Of a stretch of DNA of 42,498 nucleotides, positions 1 through 9,249 are shown in pieces (positions within the stretch are counted from its first letter, which is position 1; each line of letters starts with the position of its first letter). The notes under the pieces were generated by a model. The model searched no databases. It was not told the DNA's origin and saw only the letters and a list, made by a program, of their open reading frames with translations. Made by a program: the position numbers and the translations under genes. This DNA is from a virus (lineage: Duplodnaviria > Caudoviricetes), in IMG/VR virus record IMGVR_UViG_3300022670_000173, positions 1 to 42,498 of that record, one strand, 5' to 3'.

Positions 1-144
1 GGCATTGCGTAAGGAAAGCCATAACTTCTTTTTAGACGATTTGGATAATGAGAACAAAAAAGCTATAATTGAAAACGAACGAGGAGAATTATTCGCCCGA
101 CCTTTTGAAATCTCTGAAGGTGTGGCAAAATTTTCATCAACTGA
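1..144. repeat. Terminal direct overlap, left copy (identical to 42355-42498); indicates circular assembly
   Basis: Sequence ggcattgcgt...tcaactga read identically at both window ends. Confidence 0.97.
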
Positions 145-607
145 AATGAAGCCTGTTGTTAAGTCGGTTACTTTTAAAGAAACTGAAAGTGGCATGGTTA
201 ATTCTAAAATAGTTAAAAAGGTGATACCAATGGATATTGAAGAAGCAATGAAACTTTGCAAAGCCAAAGGCTTTACAGTAAATAAAACCGATGTTGAAAA
301 AGAAAAAGATAGCGACTTTTACCAAACAAACAAAGAGCGCATTACTAGCCTTATTGCCGCTGACGATAAAGAAGTTAATGACTTGCGTGTGAGCGTTGTT
401 GCTAACTCTGAATTAACCGTTGATGATGTTGCCAATATGAACACAGCTTCATTGATGACCATTAATAAAATGGTTTCCAAAGATGCCGAAACAAAAACAG
501 ATTATTCTGTTACCGCTGGCACAACTGGCGAAACAACTAAAACAAACACTAAAGAGAAAAAGGGCTTTGATTTTGCAAACCCTGATTCTTTCGCTAAGGA
601 GGCTTAA
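1..607 (+). CDS. C-terminal (scaffold-like) part of prohead protease; continues from 41717 across the circular junction
   Basis: In frame with the ORF starting at ATG 41717 via the overlap; charged low-complexity C-terminus; lies just before decoration and capsid genes. Confidence 0.85.
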   Translation, partial: ALRKESHNFFLDDLDNENKKAIIENERGELFARPFEISEGVAKFSSTEMKPVVKSVTFKETESGMVNSKIVKKVIPMDIEEAMKLCKAKGFTVNKTDVEKEKDSDFYQTNKERITSLIAADDKEVNDLRVSVVANSELTVDDVANMNTASLMTINKMVSKDAETKTDYSVTAGTTGETTKTNTKEKKGFDFANPDSFAKEA

Positions 608-609
608 AA

Positions 610-1050
610 ATGGCTTCATCTACTCCGAATCGTGTTGAGCAATCACCACTACCAGTAAACCCAATCTATCAAGAATATATTGGTAAACAAACCTTTAAAG
701 CTGGCGAAATGGGCAACGTTGTTTCTGACGGTGAGCTTGATTATCCCGCCGCTTCAACTGTTGTTTCTCGTACCTTTGTCGTTGAAAATGTGGCGGATGC
801 GCGCGGTATTGATGACCCTTACATTGTGGGCGAATTAGTGCGCACTCGTACGCTTGAAGTCGGTCAACGCATTTATGCGTGGTTAGCAAATGGCAATTCA
901 GTAAACCCTTCTTCTCGACTTGTTGCTGATGGTGCGGGTGGTTTGAAATTAGTAACGGCAGAAACAGGCAAAGACGTAATTGCTCGACCTGTTGAAACAT
1001 TAAATAATACGTCCGGTGTTCCGGCGCGTCTATTGGTTGAGGTGATTTAA
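610..1050 (+). CDS. Head decoration/cement protein
   Basis: 146 aa between protease and major capsid; beta-rich with LVADGAGGLK motif; SD AAGGAGG upstream. Confidence 0.7.
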   Translation: MASSTPNRVEQSPLPVNPIYQEYIGKQTFKAGEMGNVVSDGELDYPAASTVVSRTFVVENVADARGIDDPYIVGELVRTRTLEVGQRIYAWLANGNSVNPSSRLVADGAGGLKLVTAETGKDVIARPVETLNNTSGVPARLLVEVI

Positions 1051-1052
1051 TT

Positions 1053-2039
1053 ATGAAATTTTCACAAGAACAGTTACATTTTGCAGTTAACCGCGCCAAT
1101 AAAGAATGGAATAACGCATTAATTGACAATGAAAGCGGTGAAGTAATCCGCACAAACGGCACGTTGAAGCATGAAGACGCGCGCAAAATCATGGAGGACT
1201 TAACTTTAGTTCGTCAAAATGATTTAACTCTATTAGCTGATTTGAAGGCTGCGGGCTTAACCGTTCCAACTTCAATTTCTGATATGCTGATTGGTGTTGA
1301 AACCCTTAATGAATTCGTTGAAGCAAATCAAACAATGAATCCAACGGCTATTTCAAACGATCAAACAGACTATGAACTGGTTTATACTCCGCAGCCTATT
1401 ACGCATGCGGGCTGGTCTATCCCATATCGTCAAAAAGAATTCGGCTATAAAAATTCTGATGGCTTAACCGCTTCAGTCCGTCGAGTTGAAGAAAAAATTG
1501 ATTCAATGATTATGCGCGGCAATCCAAATATTGTTGTAAAAGACCCTTCAGGTTCTACTTTTGAAGTGTTTGGTTATGTTACCCATCCCGACCGTGAAAC
1601 GTTCACAATTACAGATTGGGCGGCTGCTACACCTGAAGCAATCCGGACTCAAGTATTAGCTATGATTAATCAGCTAATTGTTAATGTTCGTTCAATTCGC
1701 CCTAATAGCTTGATGCTTTATATTCCTTTTGAATATGAATCTGTAATGGAAGACGATTATTCAACCGCTAAAGGTGATCGTACTTTACGAGAGCGTTTAA
1801 TGGCTATCAAACAAATCAAAGATATTAAATCTAGTGTTGATTTGGGCGCAACTGAAGTTGCAATGGTTGAATTAGATAAACGAACCGTTGTTTATGCTGA
1901 AGCATCCGGTATTAATACCATGCCGTTTGATAAATCTAACCCGCTAGACCCTAGCAACTTTGTTACCTTTGCTGTTGGTGTTCCGGTTGGTAAACCAGAT
2001 CGTAACGGGCGCTTAGCGTTCCTTCACGGCTCAGTATAA
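1053..2039 (+). CDS. Major capsid protein (HK97 fold)
   Basis: 328 aa, canonical position, SD GAGGTG; PQPITHAGW and GYVTHPDR segments resemble linocin/encapsulin-like phage capsids. Confidence 0.85.
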   Translation: MKFSQEQLHFAVNRANKEWNNALIDNESGEVIRTNGTLKHEDARKIMEDLTLVRQNDLTLLADLKAAGLTVPTSISDMLIGVETLNEFVEANQTMNPTAISNDQTDYELVYTPQPITHAGWSIPYRQKEFGYKNSDGLTASVRRVEEKIDSMIMRGNPNIVVKDPSGSTFEVFGYVTHPDRETFTITDWAAATPEAIRTQVLAMINQLIVNVRSIRPNSLMLYIPFEYESVMEDDYSTAKGDRTLRERLMAIKQIKDIKSSVDLGATEVAMVELDKRTVVYAEASGINTMPFDKSNPLDPSNFVTFAVGVPVGKPDRNGRLAFLHGSV

Positions 2040-2048
2040 TCAATAAAC

Positions 2049-2072
2049 GGCGCTCTCATTAGGGGGCGCTTA
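2049..2072 (+). terminator. GC-rich hairpin after major capsid gene (weak terminator or mRNA stabiliser)
   Basis: GCGCTCTC-ATTA-GGGGGCGC followed by only a short T run. Confidence 0.5.
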
Positions 2073-2098
2073 ACCGAAATAATAAAGAGAATATAATC

Positions 2099-2443
2099 AT
2101 GGCAACTGCTAAAAAAGAAAAATTAGTTGAACACATTGTTGTATCGCGCCGTTTAGAGCTTGACGGCAAAGCTTATGAAACAGGTGATTCAATCGAATTG
2201 TCAGAACGCCGAGGCGCATTATTAATTAATAAAGTCGCGCTGAAGAAAAATGTTCCAATGGTTGCGGCTAGTATTGCCAGCGCCAAAGCAGAAACAAGTA
2301 AAGTCAATAAAGAGCTAGCATCTTTGCAAGCTGAATTTGACGCTTTGAAAGCATCGACTGAAGTTAAAAAACCTGAATCTAAAAAGCCTGAAGTTAAAAC
2401 CGAAGCTAAAAAACCAGAAACAGAAACAGAAACAGAAAAGTAG
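2099..2443 (+). CDS. Hypothetical head-associated protein
   Basis: 114 aa after capsid gene; coiled coil and KKPE/ET low-complexity tail. Confidence 0.6.
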   Translation: MATAKKEKLVEHIVVSRRLELDGKAYETGDSIELSERRGALLINKVALKKNVPMVAASIASAKAETSKVNKELASLQAEFDALKASTEVKKPESKKPEVKTEAKKPETETETEK

Positions 2444-2451
2444 GGTAAATT

Positions 2452-2838
2452 ATGGCAATCCGAACAGATAAAGCCGCAGTCCGAGCAATAGCGCCAGCAC
2501 TTGAATCAACGCTTGATGCTGTACTTGATGCGTATATTCTAGCGGCTTCAATTCGGGTCGATAAATTAGCCCTTGGCGCTTGTGGTAGTGTTCTTGCTGA
2601 TGACGTTCTCAAGGAAATTGAAACGTGGTTGACGGCTCACTTAGGCGCTATTTCTACACCTTCAGCAAATGCTGTCATGGAAGAAAAGTTTGAAGGCAGT
2701 ATGAAAATATACGCCATCAAGCAACTAACTGGTGAAGGTGTTCTTTCTACCGCTTACGGCAACATGGCAAATGAATTGTCATGCGGTTGTCTAGTTGAGC
2801 AGGGTAAACGCAGAATGTCGTTAGCGGGCTTTATATGA
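2452..2838 (+). CDS. Head-tail adaptor
   Basis: Position; helical N-terminus, WLTAH and STAYG motifs typical of DUF4054-like adaptors. Confidence 0.65.
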   Translation: MAIRTDKAAVRAIAPALESTLDAVLDAYILAASIRVDKLALGACGSVLADDVLKEIETWLTAHLGAISTPSANAVMEEKFEGSMKIYAIKQLTGEGVLSTAYGNMANELSCGCLVEQGKRRMSLAGFI

Positions 2839-3149
2839 GCGCCGTTAATTACACTCAAAAAGCCACGGTGTGGAAATTTACCGTGGACGGTAAAGGCAAT
2901 AGAAACTTCACAAACTCCGGTGTTTTTCGTGCGCGTGAATACGACAAGAAATCTATCGTAAGGGGTGAAGAAGGCGAAAAGGTTATAACTAGCAAAGCCT
3001 TATACATTGAAGCGCCCATTGTGGCGATTGATGATTTTGTTGCTGTTGGTGACTTTTCTCTTGATGCCGAACCAGTGCCAACCGCCATAGCTGTTAAAGA
3101 TCGTATCTTTTCAGATATGTTTCCCAGTGATGTGAGGGTTGTTTTCTAA
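2835..3149 (+). CDS. Head closure/stopper protein
   Basis: 104 aa beta-rich, ATGA overlap with previous gene, neck position. Confidence 0.6.
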   Translation: MSAVNYTQKATVWKFTVDGKGNRNFTNSGVFRAREYDKKSIVRGEEGEKVITSKALYIEAPIVAIDDFVAVGDFSLDAEPVPTAIAVKDRIFSDMFPSDVRVVF

Positions 3150-3562
3150 TGACTGGCAAAACAGAGTTGCTTGGCGCGACCGAGTTAGACACAAACATTA
3201 ATGATTTTGTAAAAAGAATGAAGTTAAAAACTCCGGCGGCTTTACTTGCTGCGGCTAACTTTGTTTTAGAACAGGCTGATAAAGGAATTCCTGTTGATGA
3301 AGGAAAGCTTGCTAATTCTGCTTTTGCTGAACCGTTGCCGACAATGGGCGATGAATTCGGCGTTATATTTGGATATTCTGCCAATTACGCTGCTTTTGTC
3401 CATGAAATGCCTAATGATACCAATTGGTCGAAATCAGGCACAGAAAGCCAATGGTTGCTAAAAACATTACAGCGGGAACAATCAAGCGTATTAAATATAA
3501 TAAGAGACATAAGCAGGGATGAATTAAACAACCCGTTTAAAAAAGGCATTCCTAAAAGGTAA
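3149..3562 (+). CDS. HK97 gp10-like neck/tail completion protein
   Basis: PVDEGKLANS and YSANYAAFVHE motifs. Confidence 0.75.
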   Translation: MTGKTELLGATELDTNINDFVKRMKLKTPAALLAAANFVLEQADKGIPVDEGKLANSAFAEPLPTMGDEFGVIFGYSANYAAFVHEMPNDTNWSKSGTESQWLLKTLQREQSSVLNIIRDISRDELNNPFKKGIPKR

Positions 3563-3565
3563 ATT

Positions 3566-3976
3566 ATGGCTACTCAAATCAAATATGATTTTCCTAGTAA
3601 TTTTGTTTGTGATGATATTCAAGATTATTTAATTGCCAATGGCATTATAAACATCGGTGATTCTACTTGTTTCGAGTGGAAACCAAAAATAGATAAACAG
3701 ATTTTGATTCGTGATAATGGTAGTTTTGAATCGCCAACGCCCGCTTCTTATAGAAATAATACATTTCAAGTGCTTATCAGGGGCGATAAATCAGACGGCT
3801 TTCAGAATTTAAAAGCTATTGCCTATAATATAGCTGAATTCTTAGTTAATTCTGATTCATTTACGGTAAACTTAAATAGATACAATCAAGTGTTTCTAAT
3901 ATCAGACCCGTCTATTCTTGGAAGGGATGAAGAAGGAAGACCACTTGTTTCAATGAACTTTAATGCAGCGAGATAA
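3566..3976 (+). CDS. Tail terminator / minor capsid family protein
   Basis: FQVLIRG and LGRDEEGRPLVSMNF motifs; directly before tail tube gene. Confidence 0.7.
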   Translation: MATQIKYDFPSNFVCDDIQDYLIANGIINIGDSTCFEWKPKIDKQILIRDNGSFESPTPASYRNNTFQVLIRGDKSDGFQNLKAIAYNIAEFLVNSDSFTVNLNRYNQVFLISDPSILGRDEEGRPLVSMNFNAAR

Positions 3977-3981
3977 AAACT

Positions 3982-4434
3982 ATGAGTGCTAATAATATTC
4001 AAGGTCAAAACTTTCTTTTATCCCTATCGAAAGACGTAGGGGTAACATTTTTAGAGGTTGGCGGTTTTCAGTCAAAATCTTTTACATTCGACAACAACAC
4101 AGCAGATAATACAAACAGCGCCACAAACGGCGAGTTTACCGAGAATTGTTGGACTGGTTACAGTGCTGTTAGTGCTTCCGGTTCTGGCGTTGTTGATCAG
4201 CGAATCACAGCGACAACAGCAACCTATTATGACCTTTTAGCACTTGCAACTTCAGGCGATAGAACGGCATTCTTAAAGTTTGAAGATGGTGTTGGTTTTG
4301 AGGCTTCAGGTCTTTTTGTTATCAACAGTATGTCAACTTCGGGCGATCAACAAGGGTTTGTGACCTTTGATTTATCGGTACAATCCGCCACTGATATTGC
4401 CGTGACAGTTACACCTCCTGTTTTCGTACCATAG
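3982..4434 (+). CDS. Major tail tube protein (TP901-1/GTA-like)
   Basis: 150 aa; VSASGSGV and G.FVINS...VTFDLSVQS pattern. Confidence 0.8.
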   Translation: MSANNIQGQNFLLSLSKDVGVTFLEVGGFQSKSFTFDNNTADNTNSATNGEFTENCWTGYSAVSASGSGVVDQRITATTATYYDLLALATSGDRTAFLKFEDGVGFEASGLFVINSMSTSGDQQGFVTFDLSVQSATDIAVTVTPPVFVP

Positions 4435-4443
4435 GGTTTTAAA

Positions 4444-4938
4444 ATGGCTAACAATCGCTATACAGGCGAAGAACGGGTAAATGTAGACAAAGACGTTTAT
4501 TTTATTAAGTGTGACTTTGCATTTGCTCAAGCCTTAGAAGATTCTGGATACACTGATTTAGCCGCGCTATTGGATACAGTAGGCGCGGGTAAAGTTCAGC
4601 CTTCAATGATTAAAAAAATAATTGAATGTTCCCTGAAGACTTTTAATGGCAAAAAAATACCGCCTAATGAATTAGAAGAACATGCCGAGCGAATCGCAAC
4701 GGTGAAAGGCTTTCAAGAATCATGGGGGCTTTGTATGACGATTTTAGATTACGCCTTTTATGGCGCTGAAAAAAAGCCTTTTTTGTTCCTTCCAAAAACG
4801 ATGGTGTTCTTGATGTTAAAGGTAAAAGGTTTGACATCGCTAGATTCTTGGAAACAGCCATTCTTATGGACTTGGCTATTTCTGACTTTTGGGGTCTCAG
4901 CATGTACGGCTTTCTCAGTGTTAAAGATAGCTGGCTAA
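4444..4938 (+). CDS. Tail assembly chaperone (gpG-like)
   Basis: Between tail tube and tape measure; contains A AAA AAG slippery site at 4770-4776. Confidence 0.75.
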   Translation: MANNRYTGEERVNVDKDVYFIKCDFAFAQALEDSGYTDLAALLDTVGAGKVQPSMIKKIIECSLKTFNGKKIPPNELEEHAERIATVKGFQESWGLCMTILDYAFYGAEKKPFLFLPKTMVFLMLKVKGLTSLDSWKQPFLWTWLFLTFGVSACTAFSVLKIAG

Positions 4939-5063
4939 GAAAGAACAACATGCACCCTGAACAGGATAAGGAAGAAGCCATAAAAAAAGGCAACGACCTA
5001 ACCGACCTTAGAGAGCGCGTGAAGGAACAAAGAAAACGAAAAGAAGAAAAACTAAATACATAA
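4770..5063 (+). CDS. -1 frameshift extension of tail assembly chaperone (gpGT-like)
   Basis: The -1 frame is closed by TGA at 4767-4769 and then open from the slippery heptamer to 5063; includes track ORF 4848..5063 with FWGLS motif. Confidence 0.8.
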   Translation, partial: KKAFFVPSKNDGVLDVKGKRFDIARFLETAILMDLAISDFWGLSMYGFLSVKDSWLRKNNMHPEQDKEEAIKKGNDLTDLRERVKEQRKRKEEKLNT

Positions 5064-5076
5064 AAAGGTAAATGAC

Positions 5077-7746
5077 ATGGCTTTGACTATTGGCTCTTTA
5101 ATTGTAAGGTTTGGGGCTGATACCCGAGGGTATGAGAAAGGCGCTAAACGAGTTAAGAAAGAAACAAAAGCGGTCAAAATGGAAATGACCGGATTAGCAA
5201 AAGCCATATCGGGCGCGTTCGCTGTTGAAGGGGTGCGCCGCATTTTAATGATGGCTGATAGCTTCCAAAAACTTAATGCCCGAATGAAATTGGCAACCGA
5301 CAGCCAAGAAGAATTTCTAAAAGTACAATCAAATCTTATCAGTATTTCAAAACAAACAGGCGCAGAGCTTGAATCCCTTGTTGGCACATTTCAAAATATT
5401 GAACGATCAAAAGAAGCCGTAGGTGCTACCACTGACCAAATTTTATTAATGGTTGATAGCCTTAGTAAATTAGGTGTAGTTTCTGGTGCTTCGACGGTCG
5501 ATATGAGCAACGCATTACGCCAATTCAGCCAAGCTATGAGTCTTGGTGTTTTACGTGGTGATGAATTCATTTCAGTACAAGAGCAAATGCCCGCAGTTAT
5601 TGAGCAGATAGCAATAGGCATGGGTAAAACAAGCGATGAAATGAAAAAGCTAGCTGATAATGGTCAACTATTGGCAAAGGACGTTTTCGCGGCAATATTA
5701 AAACAAACCGACGATATTAATAAACAGTTTGCAACAATGCCCCGCCAAATGGACGTTGCCGCAACCGCCTTTAAAACCACTCTAGGCACTGCTTTAGCTG
5801 AAATGGATAACTTAGTTGGAGCAACTGACGGCGTGGTGATGTTGCTTGATAAAATGGCGGAGATAGCCGAAGAAGATCTTGTTGCCTCGTTAATAGAAAT
5901 AAAAGGTGCGTTCATTGATATTTCTAACAGGGTTGAGTTTATGTTAGACGGCTTCATAAGTTCTGGTGAAGCTGCGGGTGTGACAAAAGATATACTTAAT
6001 GAAATATCAGATATTCTAGGTTTTGTTGGTGAAAAAGTTCTTGAATTACCCGTTAACCTAAGATCACTTTTTACCATAATGTTTGTTGAATTTGATATTT
6101 TAAAAGATACGGTAAATATCTTATTTAAAGAAATGCTCATTTCATCCGACCGAGTAGGCAACGCAATACAAGAGGCATTAACAACCGCTGCCAATGCTTT
6201 TAGAATTGCAATGGCTACCGCTATGGATTTTGTAATGGGCAATATAGCGCATAATTTCGCAGCCATAGCCGATCAACTTGAATCATTCGGGTTAGATGAA
6301 TTAGCCGCCGGAATGCGCGGAATTGCGACTGAATCAACAAAGGTTTTAGAATTAGAAAAAGAAATAAACGCAGAACGCAGGGCTACAAAGGATATAAATG
6401 ACGCCGAAATAAAAGCTAAGCAAGATGAAATTGACGCCATTAGAGCCAACGCCGAAGAAAGAAAATCACTATTGAGAGGTATCGCAGCCGATACCATAGA
6501 ATTAAACAATAAAGTAAATGAAGACTTTGCCCAAAAAGCAAAAGAGCAAACAGCAATAGAGCTGGAAGAATTAAGAAAGCGCCAAGATGCCAGAAGAAAA
6601 GCTGGCGAAGAAGGTACAAGCGGAACTTCTAGGACTTTAGGAACTGGCAGCACCAAAGCAGCACTAGCCGCAGCGGAGGCGCTAAGTAAAAAAATTGAGA
6701 CTCTTGTAACTAAAAATAAAGCAGCAGCAAGCGCAATGGCGGCGGCTCATGGTGCTGGGGCAAATGAAGCATTGCTAAACTGGCAAGCGGCTATTGATTC
6801 GTTATTGGTAGCCCAACAAAGCGCCGTAGAGCAAGTTGGCAAACTAATGCTGACCGCCAATGAAGAACAGAAAATAATACTAAACGAACAATTAGAATTC
6901 TTGGAAGGTGAATTTACAGACGAACGCCTAAGAATTAATCAAGAATTAAATGACGCTTTGGCAGAGCAAGACACAGAGGCGGCTAAGCAAAAGCTCTCAG
7001 AATTTCAAGATAGCTTCAATCAAATGTCTAATATTGTTTCAAAATCATTTAACGATATAGCCAGAATCTCAAGAATAAAACGTGACGAAGAACTTTCTGA
7101 TTTTAAAGATAATATAAACGCCAGAACCGACCTTTCAGACGAACAAAAAATAACGCTTATTAATCACGCTGAAGAATTAGCCAGTAGAAGAACAAGAGCT
7201 GAAAAAATAGCGTTCATTGCCAGTAAAGCCATTGCTCTTGCGCAAATGGCAATTGATACGGCTAGGAATGTTTTAGCGTCAGGTGGTCTTACTCCGCTTG
7301 GTATCGCGCAGGGTGTTTTGGGGGCGGTGGCAATTGCGACTTCTGCGGCGGTATCGGTTCAGGAATTTAACACCGGACGCTTAAATGGTGGCGCTGTTCA
7401 GAAGGATGGGCTTCACCCAATCAACGAAAACGGGCGCTCAGAGGTTTTACAGGATAATGTAGGCAATCAGTTCTTAATGCCAGCAAAAGACGGTATGAAG
7501 GTAATGAGCAATAAAGACCTTAGTTCTACGGGTGGCTCAAGCGGAATGATTAAGGTTACGGTTGTTAATAATCTAGGCGTACAAGCTCAGGTTAAGGAGA
7601 CAATGGTATCAAGAGAAGAATTGATGATAGAATTAAATCGTTCTTCTCAAGAGTTGGTCACTGGCATAGCTCAAAGTATTTCTATGAATGTCGGAGAAGT
7701 TCCGGAAGCGATAAGCAACTCTTTTAACGTTACTAGGAGCATATAA
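5077..7746 (+). CDS. Tape measure protein
   Basis: 889 aa helical, Ala-rich; ALRQFSQAMSLGVLRGDEF tape-measure domain; C-terminal GG..V..INENGRSE motif. Confidence 0.93.
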   Translation: MALTIGSLIVRFGADTRGYEKGAKRVKKETKAVKMEMTGLAKAISGAFAVEGVRRILMMADSFQKLNARMKLATDSQEEFLKVQSNLISISKQTGAELESLVGTFQNIERSKEAVGATTDQILLMVDSLSKLGVVSGASTVDMSNALRQFSQAMSLGVLRGDEFISVQEQMPAVIEQIAIGMGKTSDEMKKLADNGQLLAKDVFAAILKQTDDINKQFATMPRQMDVAATAFKTTLGTALAEMDNLVGATDGVVMLLDKMAEIAEEDLVASLIEIKGAFIDISNRVEFMLDGFISSGEAAGVTKDILNEISDILGFVGEKVLELPVNLRSLFTIMFVEFDILKDTVNILFKEMLISSDRVGNAIQEALTTAANAFRIAMATAMDFVMGNIAHNFAAIADQLESFGLDELAAGMRGIATESTKVLELEKEINAERRATKDINDAEIKAKQDEIDAIRANAEERKSLLRGIAADTIELNNKVNEDFAQKAKEQTAIELEELRKRQDARRKAGEEGTSGTSRTLGTGSTKAALAAAEALSKKIETLVTKNKAAASAMAAAHGAGANEALLNWQAAIDSLLVAQQSAVEQVGKLMLTANEEQKIILNEQLEFLEGEFTDERLRINQELNDALAEQDTEAAKQKLSEFQDSFNQMSNIVSKSFNDIARISRIKRDEELSDFKDNINARTDLSDEQKITLINHAEELASRRTRAEKIAFIASKAIALAQMAIDTARNVLASGGLTPLGIAQGVLGAVAIATSAAVSVQEFNTGRLNGGAVQKDGLHPINENGRSEVLQDNVGNQFLMPAKDGMKVMSNKDLSSTGGSSGMIKVTVVNNLGVQAQVKETMVSREELMIELNRSSQELVTGIAQSISMNVGEVPEAISNSFNVTRSI

Positions 7747-7749
7747 AAA

Positions 7750-8304
7750 ATGGCTATACAAAAAGGCGTTATAATTCCGCCATCGCCTAACAATGGGCTT
7801 CCTGATTTTCCTCATGCCTCATTTGGCTTTGTTAGAAAACAAAATTTTAGTTACAGAATTAGCAATGCCGTGGTCACAACTAGCGTTGACAGGGGTGTAC
7901 CGATTGTTGAAAAGTTTACATTGGATAACATAGCAAATTTTTCAATTACAATGAGAATGTCAGAATCACAATTTCGCGCACTTCTAGTATGGACTGACTT
8001 AACTTTGGCTAATACGTCAAAGTTTTTTAACATGCTTTTGCCATTTCAAATTGATGTAGCCGGACAAAACAACTGGCTTGAAGTAAATTTTATGGGAAAC
8101 AGACCTGTACATGGTGGTTATGAAGGAAGCTTTATACTTGTGACATTTACAGTAAGTGCCAGAAACATACCGACAGAAGATCAGGAATGGCTTGACAATA
8201 TGCTTGCATCCCTTGAAAATAATGATAACCCTCAACCCTTATATGAAAGACTTGAGCAATTCTCTAATGAAGATTTAGAGCTGTTGAATAAGGACGGTTT
8301 TTAA
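7750..8304 (+). CDS. Distal tail / minor tail protein
   Basis: Immediately after tape measure; FFNMLLP pattern similar to gpM-like proteins. Confidence 0.6.
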   Translation: MAIQKGVIIPPSPNNGLPDFPHASFGFVRKQNFSYRISNAVVTTSVDRGVPIVEKFTLDNIANFSITMRMSESQFRALLVWTDLTLANTSKFFNMLLPFQIDVAGQNNWLEVNFMGNRPVHGGYEGSFILVTFTVSARNIPTEDQEWLDNMLASLENNDNPQPLYERLEQFSNEDLELLNKDGF

Positions 8305-8891
8305 TGGCTGATTATACCGATTCGGCAAAGCGCCTTTTCAATACACACCCCGATAAAACTTGGAGAATCCCAGTTCTTGAATTTAGTTTTGCTGGTTCTT
8401 CTTTTTCCTTTAATACGAAGCTATGGCGAACAACAGAAGAAGCTACCGCTGTCATTGATGGAATTTCTTATGACCCATCATGGTTTGAGATTGCCGCGCC
8501 GTCAAAGGTAGCAAGACAAGGCAACTCAACAATTAAAATAACATTTAGTTTATTCGCCATAAAACAAATAAATGAAATAATGAGTTCTATCAATGGAATT
8601 GATTTTTTAACCCCCATCCTTTGCACTTATAAAACTTATATTGCCACTGGCGATCCTGTTTTTTCACCTAATGGATTTTCAGAAGACTTTTCTGAAGAAT
8701 TTGCGGGTGGTAGTTATGTTTTTGATGAAAATACGGTTTTGGGGTTTACTGAAGACCCTATGGCTGTTACCTCAATCACAAAAAAAGCGGGCGGTGGAAT
8801 CAGTATGATATTATCAACAGCCAATAGATTTAATGAAAACAGGGTTAACCGCTATGTCAGTTCCAAAGAATTTTTCGGAATCATTAAGTGA
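8304..8891 (+). CDS. Minor tail protein (DUF1833/gpL-like position)
   Basis: Position between distal tail and NlpC/P60 gene; YDPSWFEIAAP motif. Confidence 0.55.
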   Translation: MADYTDSAKRLFNTHPDKTWRIPVLEFSFAGSSFSFNTKLWRTTEEATAVIDGISYDPSWFEIAAPSKVARQGNSTIKITFSLFAIKQINEIMSSINGIDFLTPILCTYKTYIATGDPVFSPNGFSEDFSEEFAGGSYVFDENTVLGFTEDPMAVTSITKKAGGGISMILSTANRFNENRVNRYVSSKEFFGIIK

Positions 8892-9249
8892 TTTATTGGG
8901 TAAGCCTTATAAGCTTCAGGGTTCGGGTGATTCTTATGATTGCTGGACGCTAATAGTTGAAATTTATAGACGTATGGGAATAGAAATAACCGATACCATT
9001 GATTATTCTATTTCGTTTTTGTCGTACGCAAAAGACAAGGCGAAAAGGTCGAAATGGATTAAGATTGATAAGCCTGAAGCGGGCTGTATTATACTGCTTT
9101 ATAATAATGATATTACTTGCCATGTAGCTTTTTGCATAAAAAGAGGAAAGGTTATTCATGCTACAAATGTCGGCGTAAAAACAGGCAATAGAAAATCAAT
9201 TGAACGTATTTTCAAGAAATCGGAGTATTTTAAGCCATGTATGAATTAA
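8833..9249 (+). CDS. NlpC/P60 family tail assembly protein (start may be ATG 8854)
   Basis: LLGKPY..G...YDCWTL catalytic Cys; HVAF and VIHA histidines. Confidence 0.85.
   Translation: MKTGLTAMSVPKNFSESLSDLLGKPYKLQGSGDSYDCWTLIVEIYRRMGIEITDTIDYSISFLSYAKDKAKRSKWIKIDKPEAGCIILLYNNDITCHVAFCIKRGKVIHATNVGVKTGNRKSIERIFKKSEYFKPCMN

Noticed and set aside
1-144. 144-bp terminal repeat as a physical direct terminal repeat of the virion DNA
   Set aside because: It falls mid-gene in the protease ORF, as expected for an assembler overlap of a circularly permuted genome
2365-2440. KKPE / GAAACA short tandem repeats as a regulatory or contingency locus
   Set aside because: In-frame low-complexity protein tail with a 6-bp unit that cannot shift frame
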